The notes beneath the pieces are model-generated. The model had not been told where the DNA came from, ran no database searches, and worked only from the letters and a program-made list of their open reading frames with translations. DNA of 64,000 nucleotides from Dicyema japonicum (taxonomy: Eukaryota; Animalia; Dicyemida): NCBI GenBank assembly GCA_011109175.1, contig RDEW01000012.1, forward strand, positions 76,525-140,524, written 5' to 3'. Below are positions 13,253 to 25,869 of this stretch, in pieces (the first letter of the stretch is position 1; each line of letters starts with the position of its first letter). The position numbers and the translations under genes were made by a program.

Positions 13253-16200
13253 TTAAAAACTAATAAGTCTGAGAAGAAAAGCCTTATCAACTTGTGAGAG
13301 TGAGCGTACACAAGCCGCATAAAGTGGTTCATTTTTCTATTAATAATAATAATAAATACATTAATTTGTTTAAGTATTGTAAGGCAACGTAAACAAACAT
13401 TGGAAGACAAATCATCAAAGACATTTTGTTTAAAAGCTTCCATTATTATATATACGATTTTTGGAAGATTAATACAATTGTTACCCAAAACTCTTTCATC
13501 ATTTCTACAATATCATAAAATAGTACTGTTCGATAGAGGAACAAAAGAAATCATAAATTAACTCACACTCTTCTGTATCCTCATAAACTGGAAGCCAGTC
13601 GATAATATTAGAAAAAATCAATTCAGAACTGTATATTTCTGGATTATTACAAAATTTATAAATTTTGATAACAGCAGCTATTGCATTTTCAGTAGAGAAT
13701 TGATTGTCCTCTGAATGTGCATCAGGTAGATAAATTGCATTAAAAATTAGATCCTTAACATCTAGCATTAAAATATAGAATACCCATAATATCTTTGTGA
13801 AATAGTGAACTTGACTTGGCCATTAGTCCAAAACCATAAAATGAAATTTGTCTTATCTTAGAAAATTGATCAGAGCATCCATTCTTCATAGCATAAATAA
13901 AGTCATCTCTATAATTATATGAGGACTAAATATAATTAATATTACAACCTCTCCACTATATTTAATCATATTATCCCAAATACAAAATCCATAATATCTT
14001 TCCAAATGTGATCTATCAGGTTCCTTTGAATAAATAATTAAATAAAACAATTAATTTAATAAAATGATGTTTCATATTATTGAAATATGGAAGGAAGGAT
14101 TGACCATATATTATGAACAGAGACTCAATAATTTCATCAACTCCATCCAACACATTAGAAGCATCGTCATTCTTAGTAATAACAAATACTAACCATATTT
14201 TGTATTTCATCCTCTACATATTCGTCATAATCTTCGTCAACACGTTTAACTACAATTAATTATATTATTACGTCTAAGTTTGTCCACTGATACAAAATGT
14301 CTGTCATAAATATAATTAAGGTTATCAATCAATTGAATAAATACTTTTTCTGTGGGTATTGACATTTTCCCAAGACAATTAATGCACTATAATTTATTTT
14401 ACTAAAAAACTTGAGAAATAGAAACAAGTATGGAGGATAAAACAAAATCATCATTCTCTTTTCTAATTCTGTCAAACAAATCCGGCCAAATAGAATTCCA
14501 TAGAGTATTTGTATATTCAGGATAATTCTTTTGCATTGAGCATTCAAGAATGGAATGAAAACATTCAGCAGAAGCAGACCTTACATCTATTATAATTACA
14601 ATATAAAACCATCTGTGTAAAAGAATGATAAATTCTTTAATAGAATAGGAATGAGTTGGTCAATATAATGAATAAATCCATCTTTAGACTGTTTTGCATA
14701 AACACAAATCATTCGACAGGCTGTCGCCTTGTCTTCCAATCCTGTCATTTTAAATCCTATCGTCTTTCCATTAGCGTACTGAACAAGAGTCCAATCAGGG
14801 TCATCCTTCAAAGATTCACTTTCTAATAAATTTGAAAACAGAAATACCATCAAAAAGTTGTACCTGAGGTTGGAAAGAAGCAGCATTTATGACAGGCTGA
14901 ATAATATTGTGAATAAAACCAGAAAACTCAGAACCAAATATTTCAGAAAATCTTCCCCAAGCAGGCATAATATAGGAAAGCTATAAATAATTATAAACCT
15001 AACTAATGGATCATCTGCCTGAATACTAATATTTGTTGTACTGTGTCTTACAAACAATGCCATAACATCAGCCAAATCTGGACGAAACTAAGGTTAAGCA
15101 TTGTACATTACTTTATCAACCCCTACAGCAACTGCAATCAAACTTAAACACTCAATTGCTTTGCATCGTAAAAGAGAGAAATTATTTCCACTAGCATTTT
15201 CAAGAATAAATTTGAGGAATTGTACAACACTATAATAAATATACACAATACTCATAATAATCACAAAATTTATCTTTGGAAGCACATGCCACAGCTGCAA
15301 TGGTAGTTATCATTTGTTGAAGTACGCCTGTCTTTGATGGATCATTATTTAACTATACATAAATACACAATATACCTCATTTGCTTTTATTTTCATTACT
15401 TCAACTATTGTAGGAGCAATGTAGGGAAGATATGCTTGAAACACATGTTCTTTAGCACCCTGTGCAAAATTAACAATGGTAATTCCAGCAGCCACCTGAA
15501 CCACTGGACAGTAAAAATCCTTCAATAAAGGAATCAATGTTTGAATAATCTATAATTAATTATTATGTGACCTGAATAGCATAATTCTGTTGAACATCAG
15601 GTTCATAGGTAATACAGAGGATAGAAAGCGTATTACAACAGAAAGCTCTAACACGTGGGTGCTAATGTATATTAAAATATAATACATTATCACTGCATAG
15701 TGGAATCAAATAATTAATAGCATTTTGCAAACATGGTTTAAGTAAAGCAGAACAAGTGTTTGCTAATACTCCAATACATATAACACTAGCATATCTCTCC
15801 TTCCAATTGTCTACAATTACATATAATTAATACTGCTAATGACATTCTGACTTATTATGTCAGATAATATAGGAAAACCAATTTTAGGACTAATTGATGT
15901 GAGAATCCTCTCAAGAGAATAAACAACAGATTGAAAATTACTAAAATATGAAAACCAACTGACCAATCATCTTCATTACCAGAATCATCCATCACCCAAC
16001 TCTCGTCAAACTCAATCTCTGAAATACATGAGAATATCGACGTGACTTTATTTAAAGTGAACAAATACACATATTAGTAATCAAAGAAGAAGCTCTCTTT
16101 CTGATCATAGAAGCACATGATTCTACAAAAGTAGCCATCATCTCTAATGGTAATTCTCTAAGATGCATTGGTGAATCTTCAGAAATTACCTGAAAGTTAA

Positions 16201-17082
16201 TGATAATAATACCTCTATTAAAAATTTAAGTAAGTCGAATGTAATATAACGTAAAAATTCAGGATTTGATTCAATAAGAAGTATTAAAGCTTCCAGTGAT
16301 GTTTGGTTAGAATCAGCACCAGTTTGAATAATTTTAGAAATCAAATTTAGCAATGGATGTGCAAAATCTCTGTAATAATTGCATACAGATTGACATGAGG
16401 ACAAATATTTAGAAAGAGATTTAATCCCTTGAAGTCTAACCTATAACTAAAAATCACTAACATTGTTACGTAATTATCAAGTGAGTCATCCATTAGACAA
16501 CGATTAAATAATGACTTTATTTGAGGACGCATAGACTCCTCACAACATACAAAAACTAGAGGAAAAGAACTATTAATAAATATACATAAATACTCAATAA
16601 TGAGAAGAGAACAATAAAACAATTCTTGGTTTTGAGAATTTAATATAAAAAAAACGAGTTCAGTCCAAATAGAACGTTCGTGATCTTAAAATATATATTT
16701 AATTGATAACCATATAACTGACTGCCAAGTTGTGAAATTAATTGACAAATATGTCTATGTTCTGCAGTGCTTGTTTGTTGTAAATAATTAAGTAATTTAG
16801 TCTTAATTTCTTGTTTTAGTTGGTTAGAACATTGAGACCATATCTCGTTAAAATTAGTAGATAGTAATGATCGACAGATTACTGCAGAAAATTGTTTGAC
16901 TGAAAGTTCTGCCTCACTACCCACAATTAGTCTCATAAGCATTCCGAATTTATTATAACTTGTAATACTGTCATATATTTTCTTCGTTTAAAATATATAA
17001 TTACTTGTGCATTCATACGAATATCACTGTCAGGAGAATTTAAGCTTTCAATTAGACTAATATACTGACTAACTTCTTCCAT
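13253..17082 (-). CDS. IPO5: Importin-5 / karyopherin beta-3 (many tiny introns)
   Basis: MEEVSQYISLIESLNSPDSDIRMNAQ, LLRCKAIECLSLIAVAVG, TGLEDKATACRMICVYAK..GF, TENAIAAVIKI and WLPVYEDTEE match IPO5/Kap121 motifs; 23-nt introns at 16982-17004 and 13337-13359; spliced C-terminus ends LRLISF* at 13253. Confidence 0.9.
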
Positions 17083-17215
17083 CACAAAAAATGATGAACG
17101 TTCTATTTTTAAATTAATTTTAGTAAAAAATTTAACAAAATAATGATAATTTTAAATTATTTTCATTAATTTTGTATGTATGATTGTTAAAAATTTATTA
17201 TACAATGAGCTTTAT

Positions 17216-19210
17216 TTGGTTGAGCTGGTGACGTGGCTCTATTGCACACATGTCTTTTTCGTGCTTTTCTTCGGGATCCTGATTCTGCACCCTTCGAATT
17301 GCCCACACTACGGCATGGGATTTGCAATACAAAAAGAACTGAACAATCGAATCCACAAGACGTGGTGGGTGAGCGATAGAATATGTGTTTTACAATTAAA
17401 ATACGGTGAAAGGAACAATTCCATAATCTCCATTATTAATGTATATGCACCAACTTCGGTGAGAGTATCAATCAATGGAAATGAACTAGACGACTCCTAT
17501 TCCTCCTTGTCGCAAGTATATGCATCTTTGGAAACATCGTTCATGATATACATTGCCGGAGATTGGAACGCAAAGGCAGGACGTGGGAGTAGTCACGAAA
17601 AATTCATGGGAAGCCATGGAAGAGGGAGCAGGAACCAGTCAGACTATTTCTATGCAATACTGCTTTCAAGCACTCAGCAAGACATAAGACGACATGGAGC
17701 TGCTATCGAAAGGACAAATCTGGGACTATCAAGCCTATATATAACCAAATAGATTACATTATCTGCAAACAAGCCTACAAGGCATTTACTAACAGATTCT
17801 CGGAGCTACAGTGGGACACTAGTAGATAGTGATCACAGATTGGTTGTGGCACGTTTCCTTTTCAAACGATATTTTGGGGTTTCCAAAGCGGCTGGCATAA
17901 GGATATCTGAAGGGAGGTTCGCAGTGGAGCAACTCTGCATGGTGGGACCGACTCGGGAAAGCTATCAAAAAATATTGAGAGAAAAGATCAGACAGTGGAA
18001 TAAAGAAAAAATGCCTGGGGAGCTGTGGCAAGACACCATCGATGCAATAAAGTGCGCGGGCTATTCAACAACTTGAGTAAAACCGAAGCATTTCAACGGA
18101 CAATATGACCACGAGTTTGAAGAATTATCCAAATTGCAGAGGAACCTACGTTTGCAGGTCGAAACCTGTTAGGACCAGGCAAAGGAACAGACTCTAAGAG
18201 TCATGCGGAACCAAACCTGTATAAAATAAAGAAAAGAACGAGGGAAATAAAGGAAAATAAACTTGTTGGAATGGCTAAAGAAGTAGAAAGGCTCAAAAAC
18301 GGAGTGCAGATGTTCAAAGTTGTTCATTTACTACATAGAGACACGCAGTCATCAAAAATCACAATAAATGATCAGTTTGGAAAGACTATGTTAAACAAAA
18401 ATGAAATTTTATCGGCCATATCCAGCCATTATCAGCAGGCCATCAATCAAAACCACGAGGAAAACATCAAACAATTCGATGGTGAAGCACGAGAACTAAA
18501 TATTCCGAAAACGAATCTGGAAACAAAAAAAGCCCTGGATAAATTAAACAACAATAGAGCTGCTGACCCTGACAACATAAATGCAGAACTTCTCAAATAT
18601 GCACCGACCGAGATCTCTGAGCTATTAACTGAAATATACAACAAAATATTCAAATACAACTCACCCCTGGAAATAGGTAATGGCACACTAATTGCACTAC
18701 AAAAACCGGGCAAAGCTACGGATTAAGACCCATCGTACTATTGACGACTCTACGCAAGACACTATCACTTATAGTGTTGAATAGGACTGGACCTGACATT
18801 GAGAACTTTCTCTCTCACGGTCAAAGCGGATTCAGGCCAGAGAGATCTACAGCTGATGTGGTCTGGGGACATCGATGGCTTTGTGCAACACATTAAATAA
18901 AACAATTTACTGGGAATGGCCTCTAAGAGAAGAGTGAGGAAGTTAGGGTATTTAATAGGAGACTGGGAAGAGATTAAAAAGATGAAAGCTTTAGCAACAA
19001 TGGCACTAAAGAAATACAGTCCATATGGGTGAGTAGTTCTTATGTAACATTCAAAATAAAATTGTGACTCTACAACGCGTTTGTTCTCCCTTTGCTTCTG
19101 TATAATTATGGAGCATGGGGGTCAATCATTCACACTGAGGAAAAAAAACTCTCACCACAGAAATGAACTACTAATTACCGATATGATCTACCTATATCGA
19201 CATATATTGA
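17216..19210 (+). mobile_element. Defective RTE-like LINE (intact 5' end, deletions in APE N-terminus and RT core)
   Basis: HYGMGFAI..SDRICVLQ..INVYAPT..IAGDWNAKAG; near-identical to 57519-58560; C-terminal LYNAFVLPLLLYN. Confidence 0.85.
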
Positions 19211-19989
19211 AGAAGGGTCTCTTAACGACAATCCACGTGCAAATGATATACTACAGTCATCCAGAACAATATAATCAATGTCTATGCCCCACATTGTTGA
19301 TACGTGGACGGGTTATACTTATTCTACCACATACTATTAATTACATAAGTGAGTATAAAAATATCTTTTTATATTATTTGCATGGGATTGGAATTCAAAA
19401 GTTTTTACGGAAAAAAAACACTCCTGGCAACGTTCTAGTAAACTTTTTTGCAAATTCTTAATATGCAATATCACTCATCTTGTACGTTCATAAAAACCAC
19501 TTACATAAAGAAAAAACAAAAAATGAATTGTGACCGGTTCAGAATGAGATACGGTTGAATACGAGCCGTTAAATATCGATTTTAAATGTACCGATTTAAA
19601 CAGCCAATCAAACAAAATGGCAAACGTCCCAGATAACATGATTTATTCGCAAAACCCCAACTAACTAAACAAGGTAAGAGCCATTAACTAAAGAGGAAAG
19701 CCAAGATTTGGGGTCGTCTATATCGGGGCACTCTAATGAGACACCGTATGTCTCTTCTCCGTAAAAAACCCCAATTACAATGTGAGTTTCCACAAGCAAT
19801 GTAATAAATCACCGATTCTTCTTGTTTTTTTTCGTATTCGTCATCAATTTCAGATGCTAAAATCCAATCCATTTAGTTTCGTTTATAATTAGAACTTCCA
19901 TCTGGATCGTGCTGGCTATAGCAACCAGCACTGAGGCCCGTTTCCGAAGAGAACGGGCATTAATCAGGGTTATCCTGACTACTTCTGGT

Positions 19990-20400
19990 TTTTTCGGTGG
20001 CTGCCCTCTCTTCTTAAGAGCACTACTCTCTTCTCTGTGTTGAAGCTTCTACTGTTTCTTTTTTAGAAGGTTTCTTATTATATGTCGTATTCCAGCCAGT
20101 TTTAATTTCTTATTCGTTCCAGTATTGGAATCTTCACTTTCTCCATTATGGGCATTTTCTCGTTTTAGAAATAATTTTCCATTCGATTCTTTCCTTTTGT
20201 TTTTCTTCGCTATGTTAGCTTCAACAGCCTTGGGACATCTTCCATAATTGGCAAAGTGGATGGATGAACCACAATTCAAACGACTTATTATTGTTTATAA
20301 CCGGACACTGCGATCTTCTATGTGAATCAGAACAAACAAAGCATTTTTCAACACATCTCCATTAGGCCTGAAGTATGTTTCTCAAACTCGTAGTATATTT
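19990..20400 (-). pseudogene. Gag/ORF1-like zinc-knuckle fragment
   Basis: KCFVCSDSHRRSQC followed by (L)NCGSSIHFANYGRCP, the knuckle pattern of I/Jockey-group ORF1; frameshifted. Confidence 0.5.
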
Positions 20401-21130
20401 CTTCGTCTTGTAGCACCAGTGGCACCACCTATTCACTAGTGGGACCACGGTTGCCGCTATTCACTAGTTTTTTTTAAACGTCCCAAGACAAGACGTCCCG
20501 TATTAATGATTGAACCTTAAATTTTTGAAAAAATGAAGTTTTATATCTGAACAAAGTTTGCTTTAAACTAGTCAAATTATCCACAACATTAAAAAATATA
20601 ATTTACATCATTTTAATTATTGATAATATAAATTTTATTGAATTAAAATTTCTACTAAACAGAAAAACGTCACTAAATGACTTTTCCTGATGATTTTCGG
20701 GACGCATTAAATAACATGCTATCTTCTCAAAGAAACTTTGTGAAGGTCCTCCTTGGACATTACAGAAGATCTTACAACTCGGCATTGGATCATCTCTACA
20801 ACCAGTATATCGAGCCGACTATCAGCTTGTCAATGCGGCCTTCAAAGGGAAATGAGTTCGACACCCCTGATTTAATGGATACTTTTTCTCTTAGTTACAT
20901 TGGTGATTTTGCAACTTCAATTCAAATTGTGTGTTTCAGCTGTGTCTCGTCAAATTGTTAGTTTTCTTACGTTCTGTTCGTTGTATAACTCTAATATATA
21001 TCCTTAAGTTTTCCTATCTCTGATGCAAAGCTGAAAGCTTAAGAACTCCTAACTCTAATAATATTATAAATGATCAAAAATAATAATAACTGTTTTTATT
21101 AGAAAAAATTGAGAAATTTATATTGTAAAA

Positions 21131-22478
21131 TTATTCTAGCTTTGCTAAGTCTCTGCTATTTTCTTGAATCACACTTACATCTTCTCCTAAATCAATCATT
21201 CCTGTATCAGATATTCCTTTAACATGATATATGAATGTATCAATGTGTTCGTTTAAGCCACTTTTTTGTGTTTTTTTAATATTATCAAGATAGACCCTTC
21301 TAACAACGCGATCACCGATGTTAAAGATAGAAATATCATTATTCCACCTTCTTTTAGTTAACATTTTTCTTTCAGCAATGTTTGAATTTAAAATTGCTTT
21401 TGTTCTCAAAGTTTCATTTGATGACCAAAACCATGCAAGATATTCAGTTGCTTCTGTATGTGTTTCTTCATTCCACGAATCAATTTGGTGGAATATTGCA
21501 TTTATTTCGTTTTCGGAGTAATGATTGTTAATAGTGTCATCCGCAGAGACTCCAAACACCAATTTGAATGGTGCGTGCAAGGTGGTTGAATGTTGCACCG
21601 AATTATATGAACTTGTGATTTCTTCAATGATGTCAATCCATTTAAAATTCAGATTCTCTGAAAAGCACGTTGAAGAAATCATAAATTTTAATGTCTAATT
21701 CAGACATTCTACCTGTCCCTGCACCCAACGACACCTAGGACGCCCTCTGACGTGTTTTATGCAATACGTACAGGATAACTCAAACATTTTTTGATTTACA
21801 AACTCCTTGCCATTATCGGTGTGCAAAATAGTTGGTTTTCCAAACATTAGAATTATACTCTTTATTGCATTTGACACCTCCATGGCCGATTTACTCTTTA
21901 GAGGTCTTGTCCAACAAAATTTGGAAAAAGAATCCATCCCAACCAAAAGCCAGCAAAAATTTTCATCGAAATTTGAATAGTGTCGTAGATCAACCAAATC
22001 AAAAATATACCTGAAATTAGAATATTTAACTAGTATTTTTCTCTCACTGTATATGCTCTGATAGGTGTTATAGTTGGTCGAGTGTTCATGAGCCGTCTTG
22101 CCAGACATTGTGAACAAGACCTGAGAACAACCATAACTTCATCTCTGCAAGATCCATAGACTAGATTCTTTAGAAGAGAAAGAATCACGACCAGGATGTC
22201 CATTTTTGAGGTGAACATTTTCAATAAATATCCTCTTCTGTTCATCTTCTTCCACAGCGAACACGTGCAAAAAAATTCCACTTGTTTTGAAAAAAAATAG
22301 TTGAGCCGGCAATGACTCTTTTAGTCTGAATAATGACGCAGTTCTTATGAAATTTCGTTTCTCCTTCAGCAAATTGGATGGTAAAATTTGGTATCTCAGA
22401 TAGGTTATTATTTCTTGCTTTTGTAGCAGAGTAAAGTAGACAACCTTCATAACAAAAAACAATAACAAGCGTGAGCAA
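21131..22478 (-). pseudogene. Integrase-type transposase (H2C2 zinc finger plus rve core), frameshifted
   Basis: HLKNGHPGRD..CSQC; DLVDL..MDSFSKFCWTRPLKSKSA..FGKPTILHTDNGKEF..GRPR..QGQVE; YNSVQHSTT..PFKLVFG. Confidence 0.85.
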
Positions 22479-22504
22479 AAATCTATTACTATTCTATCTG
22501 ATGT

Positions 22505-25500
22505 ATTATTATTATTATTATTATAAGCAACTACATAGAATCATATAAACTATAATTCTATTCGTGCCGCGTCGAACAATCCTCTTAATTAGCCTTTCCC
22601 ATCCCCTCCTGTCCGATGCCAAGTTCCGCAGACTACTAAGGTCTTCACCGTCCTTTAGTTGTCTGGTTACTGATCTCAGGTCACCATTAAGGACTTCCGG
22701 AAGAGTTATTCTTGGACGACCTCTGAACTTCTCCCCTGACGTATCGAAGTATTCTTCCATGACGACGTTTGCTGGCGTGTCTTGTTCCAATCTGAGAATA
22801 TGGCCAAACAATCTCCAGCGAGCCTTCATGATCATGGTGCTCAGAGGTCCGGAACCGCATCTTCTATATAAATTTTCACTCCCTACACGCATTGGCCACT
22901 TTAGTCCCAAGAGAGACCGAAGTTGCCTTCTGTGAAAGGAGTCAAGGTTTTGTTCGTCCGTTTTCGAAATTCCCCACGTCCCAGAGTTGTATGTTAGTAT
23001 GGGCCTCACGAACGCCTCATACAACCTGAGTCGGAGTGATGGCCCGACCGAGCATTTTCTTATCCAACATTTCATAAGTTTTTGCATAGTAACCGTAGAT
23101 AACAATTTTCTTCTTGCAATGTCTTCGGAGTCTCCGAGAAGAGAGCCAAGCTTTACGGTCTTCCTCCAACATTCACTATTGCGTAGTTCCATCCGCTTAA
23201 TTTCAACAATATCCGTTTTCTGAACATTCAGTGATAGACACCATTTGGCCAAACAGCCTGATGCAACCTCCAAGAGACGTAAGAGTGCTTCTTTGTCAGT
23301 CGAGATAAAGTCAACATCATCGGCATACACGATCTCCATAATATCATTGTTGTAATACTTCCGGAGGTCTTGCAGAGCCGATTCAAGGTATATAGCAAAC
23401 AATACTGGGGAAAGGGAATCTCCTTGGGGTGTGCCCACTGTTGAAATAATTTCCCGTGACAAACATTTTCCAATACGCACTCGTAACCTCGTGTTTGATA
23501 AGAGTATCCGTATCAGAATAACCGAGTCCTTATCCAGGAAACTTTCAAGCACTTCAATGAGTTTTCCCCGACGGACAGTGTCGAAAGCTCTGGTCAGATC
23601 AATTCCAAGGATAGTCTTTGAGCTCCGGAATCTTTGTTGAATAGCACATTGCCATCTATGGCACCATACTACATCAGCCGTTGATCTCCCTGTCCTAAAA
23701 CCACTCTGGCTCTGGGCCAAGTACCCGTCCACCGGCTCTTGGATCCGATTAAGAGTAATTAGGGCAAGGATCTTCCTTAAGGTGTTTAGAAGGATGACAG
23801 GGCGCAGGTTTTCAACTGGCCCAGGGGGTTTATTACCTTTTTGAACTGGTACTAGTATCCCCTTTCCAATTTCTGAAAAGTCCTTGTTTTCTATCATGTC
23901 ATTCAGCAATTTTGAGAGTTTATCTGCAAGTTCTGGAGGGCCAAATTTTAGCAATTCAGATGGTATATTATCTGGTCCTGGAGAGCGCCCAGATTTAAGT
24001 TTCCTTATCGCCATGCAAACCTCCTCCGGTGAAATGATCCGTTCAAGTGTTGTGTTCTTAGGCGTGAAATCTGATTTTTCTCCTTTTACAAAGAACAGTT
24101 GTTCAATATGCGATGCTATGAACTCTGTCTGTTCTGCAACATTTCCTATTGTTTTTCCATTTCTGTCATGCAAAATAAGTTTCACTGATTGGCTCTTCCT
24201 CCGTATTAGTCGTATAGCCATGAATGTCGCAGCATTGTCTTTAAGGTTTTCTACCTCTCTGATCTTGCTTTCCAACTGACTAGTGTGATGTAGTCTGTTT
24301 AGGAGTTTGATTTTTCTCTCAATTTGCCTTCGTTCTTGTTTCAGTTTGCAAACAGTCTGAGGATCGACAGTATTTTCGGATCTAAGCCTTAAGTTCTTCT
24401 GCAAATTCAATAGGGCTGACACTTCCGGGTGACGCTGACTGCTATGGGGTTTAAGTTCCCCCAAATGTTTGTCAGCAGCGGAAATGATCCCTCTCCTAGT
24501 TTCGAGCCATGCCTTTCCTGGTGAAAGATCCGATGCCGTATTATTAATTGAATCCGATACACATTCTTTATAGTCTGCTTGTACTTTTGGTGAAGAGCCC
24601 AAGAGTTCAGTCATATACCTTCTTGATCGCGTGGAATCTCCACCACGATGTGTTTGGAAGAAGCATCTTCTATTAGTTATCCCGTAGAGGAACTCCTCCG
24701 CAGTTGGACCAAGTCTTAAGCTGAATCTTGCTGACACAATTTTGTGATCACTGTTAACAGTTAGTCCTCCATAAGATCTCGAGTCCCGTAAGAGAGATTT
24801 GTCTTTTACTCGACACAGAATATAATCGATCTGATTATAAATCCTTATCAGATTTCCGGTGGTCGATAGTCTAGTGCCCATCCACGTTGTCTTGTGGCGT
24901 GCGGAATGTTGGAATTGAGTATTGCACAGGAATAAATCAAAGGATTCGCAGAAATATGCCAGAGCAGTACCAGAATAGTTCCTGATCCCCCTTCCATGTG
25001 GTCCAATAAAACGTTCGTGTCCTTGATGTACCCCAGCTTTAGCATTCCAATCACCAGCGATAAAGAGGAACGATGAAAACTTCAGAGAAGATACGACCTC
25101 GACAAGTTCTTCGTAGAAAACGTCCAATTCCTCTGGGTTTTTGGCAACACGGCCACTATGTGGGGCGTACACGTTCACAATGGAAATTAGTTGCCTGGAC
25201 TTCCCTTTGGGTCCAATAAGAAATTGAATAACACATATCCTGTCATCAATTTTCCAATATCGATGTAATCTGGGGAGCAAATTCTTGTGAACAGCGAAAC
25301 CCTGTCCATAGTGTTTACAGTACGATGGAAGGAGGATTAGTCTGTAGTCTCCAAGGTTTTCATCGAGTCCTTTTCTGAGCTTCGTCTCTTGGAGACAGCA
25401 AACAGAGCATCCATATTTTGCAAGGTCCAGACATAGTTGGTGCCTCTTCGACCAGTCATTAAGGCCCCTGGCATTGAAGGTAAGGGTAGAAAACCAAGGA

Positions 25501-25557
25501 TTATTCAATTGCGTATTAGACATGTGTGCCATAGAGGGACGTCACCACCTCAACCAA
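22505..25557 (-). mobile_element. Intact RTE-like LINE with (TAA)n tail and 15-bp TSD
   Basis: TATTCTATCTGATGT at 22490-22504 and 25558-25572; single ORF; 25-nt 5' leader. Confidence 0.95.
22521..25532 (-). CDS. APE endonuclease-reverse transcriptase, 1003 aa, uninterrupted
   Basis: TFNARGL..QETK, GDWNAK, NQIDYIL..SDH (APE); QSGFR, DLTRAFD, GTPQGDSLSP, YADD (RT); ARWRLFGHILR (RTE-like C-terminus). Confidence 0.95.
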   Translation of the reverse strand: MAHMSNTQLNNPWFSTLTFNARGLNDWSKRHQLCLDLAKYGCSVCCLQETKLRKGLDENLGDYRLILLPSYCKHYGQGFAVHKNLLPRLHRYWKIDDRICVIQFLIGPKGKSRQLISIVNVYAPHSGRVAKNPEELDVFYEELVEVVSSLKFSSFLFIAGDWNAKAGVHQGHERFIGPHGRGIRNYSGTALAYFCESFDLFLCNTQFQHSARHKTTWMGTRLSTTGNLIRIYNQIDYILCRVKDKSLLRDSRSYGGLTVNSDHKIVSARFSLRLGPTAEEFLYGITNRRCFFQTHRGGDSTRSRRYMTELLGSSPKVQADYKECVSDSINNTASDLSPGKAWLETRRGIISAADKHLGELKPHSSQRHPEVSALLNLQKNLRLRSENTVDPQTVCKLKQERRQIERKIKLLNRLHHTSQLESKIREVENLKDNAATFMAIRLIRRKSQSVKLILHDRNGKTIGNVAEQTEFIASHIEQLFFVKGEKSDFTPKNTTLERIISPEEVCMAIRKLKSGRSPGPDNIPSELLKFGPPELADKLSKLLNDMIENKDFSEIGKGILVPVQKGNKPPGPVENLRPVILLNTLRKILALITLNRIQEPVDGYLAQSQSGFRTGRSTADVVWCHRWQCAIQQRFRSSKTILGIDLTRAFDTVRRGKLIEVLESFLDKDSVILIRILLSNTRLRVRIGKCLSREIISTVGTPQGDSLSPVLFAIYLESALQDLRKYYNNDIMEIVYADDVDFISTDKEALLRLLEVASGCLAKWCLSLNVQKTDIVEIKRMELRNSECWRKTVKLGSLLGDSEDIARRKLLSTVTMQKLMKCWIRKCSVGPSLRLRLYEAFVRPILTYNSGTWGISKTDEQNLDSFHRRQLRSLLGLKWPMRVGSENLYRRCGSGPLSTMIMKARWRLFGHILRLEQDTPANVVMEEYFDTSGEKFRGRPRITLPEVLNGDLRSVTRQLKDGEDLSSLRNLASDRRGWERLIKRIVRRGTNRIIVYMILCSCL

Positions 25558-25869
25558 TATTCTATCTGATGTTAGCCGTTAAAAAATGAAAATTTGTGAG
25601 AAATTTAAATTATTAAAATTACTAATCATTATAAAGATAGGAATTAATTAATTTATTGATTTATTTTTCATTAAAAAAAATTATTGATTTCTAACGGCTT
25701 TAACGCCACGTATAACGCCTTTAACGGCTCGTATTCAACCTGGGCTCGTATTCAACCGGTCACATGAATTAATTACAGTCAAATCGATTTACTCTCATCT
25801 GACTAAATTAAAATTCGACTGATTGGTTCTATATAATTTTTTGGCTGATGGGCATCAAAAAGATAGGTG

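Larger units (their letters stand above)
19529..25764 (-). mobile_element. Ginger/Tdd-4-like integrase DNA transposon with 45-bp imperfect TIRs and 5-bp TSD; carries a LINE insertion
   Basis: Left end TGTGACCGGTT-13nt-GGTTGAATACGAGCCGTTAAA equals the reverse complement of the right end; TGAAT at 19524-19528 and 25765-25769. Confidence 0.85.

Noticed and set aside
25500-25557. HDV-like ribozyme at the 5' end of the intact RTE element
   Set aside because: No consistent P1 or P2 pairing could be built in both families
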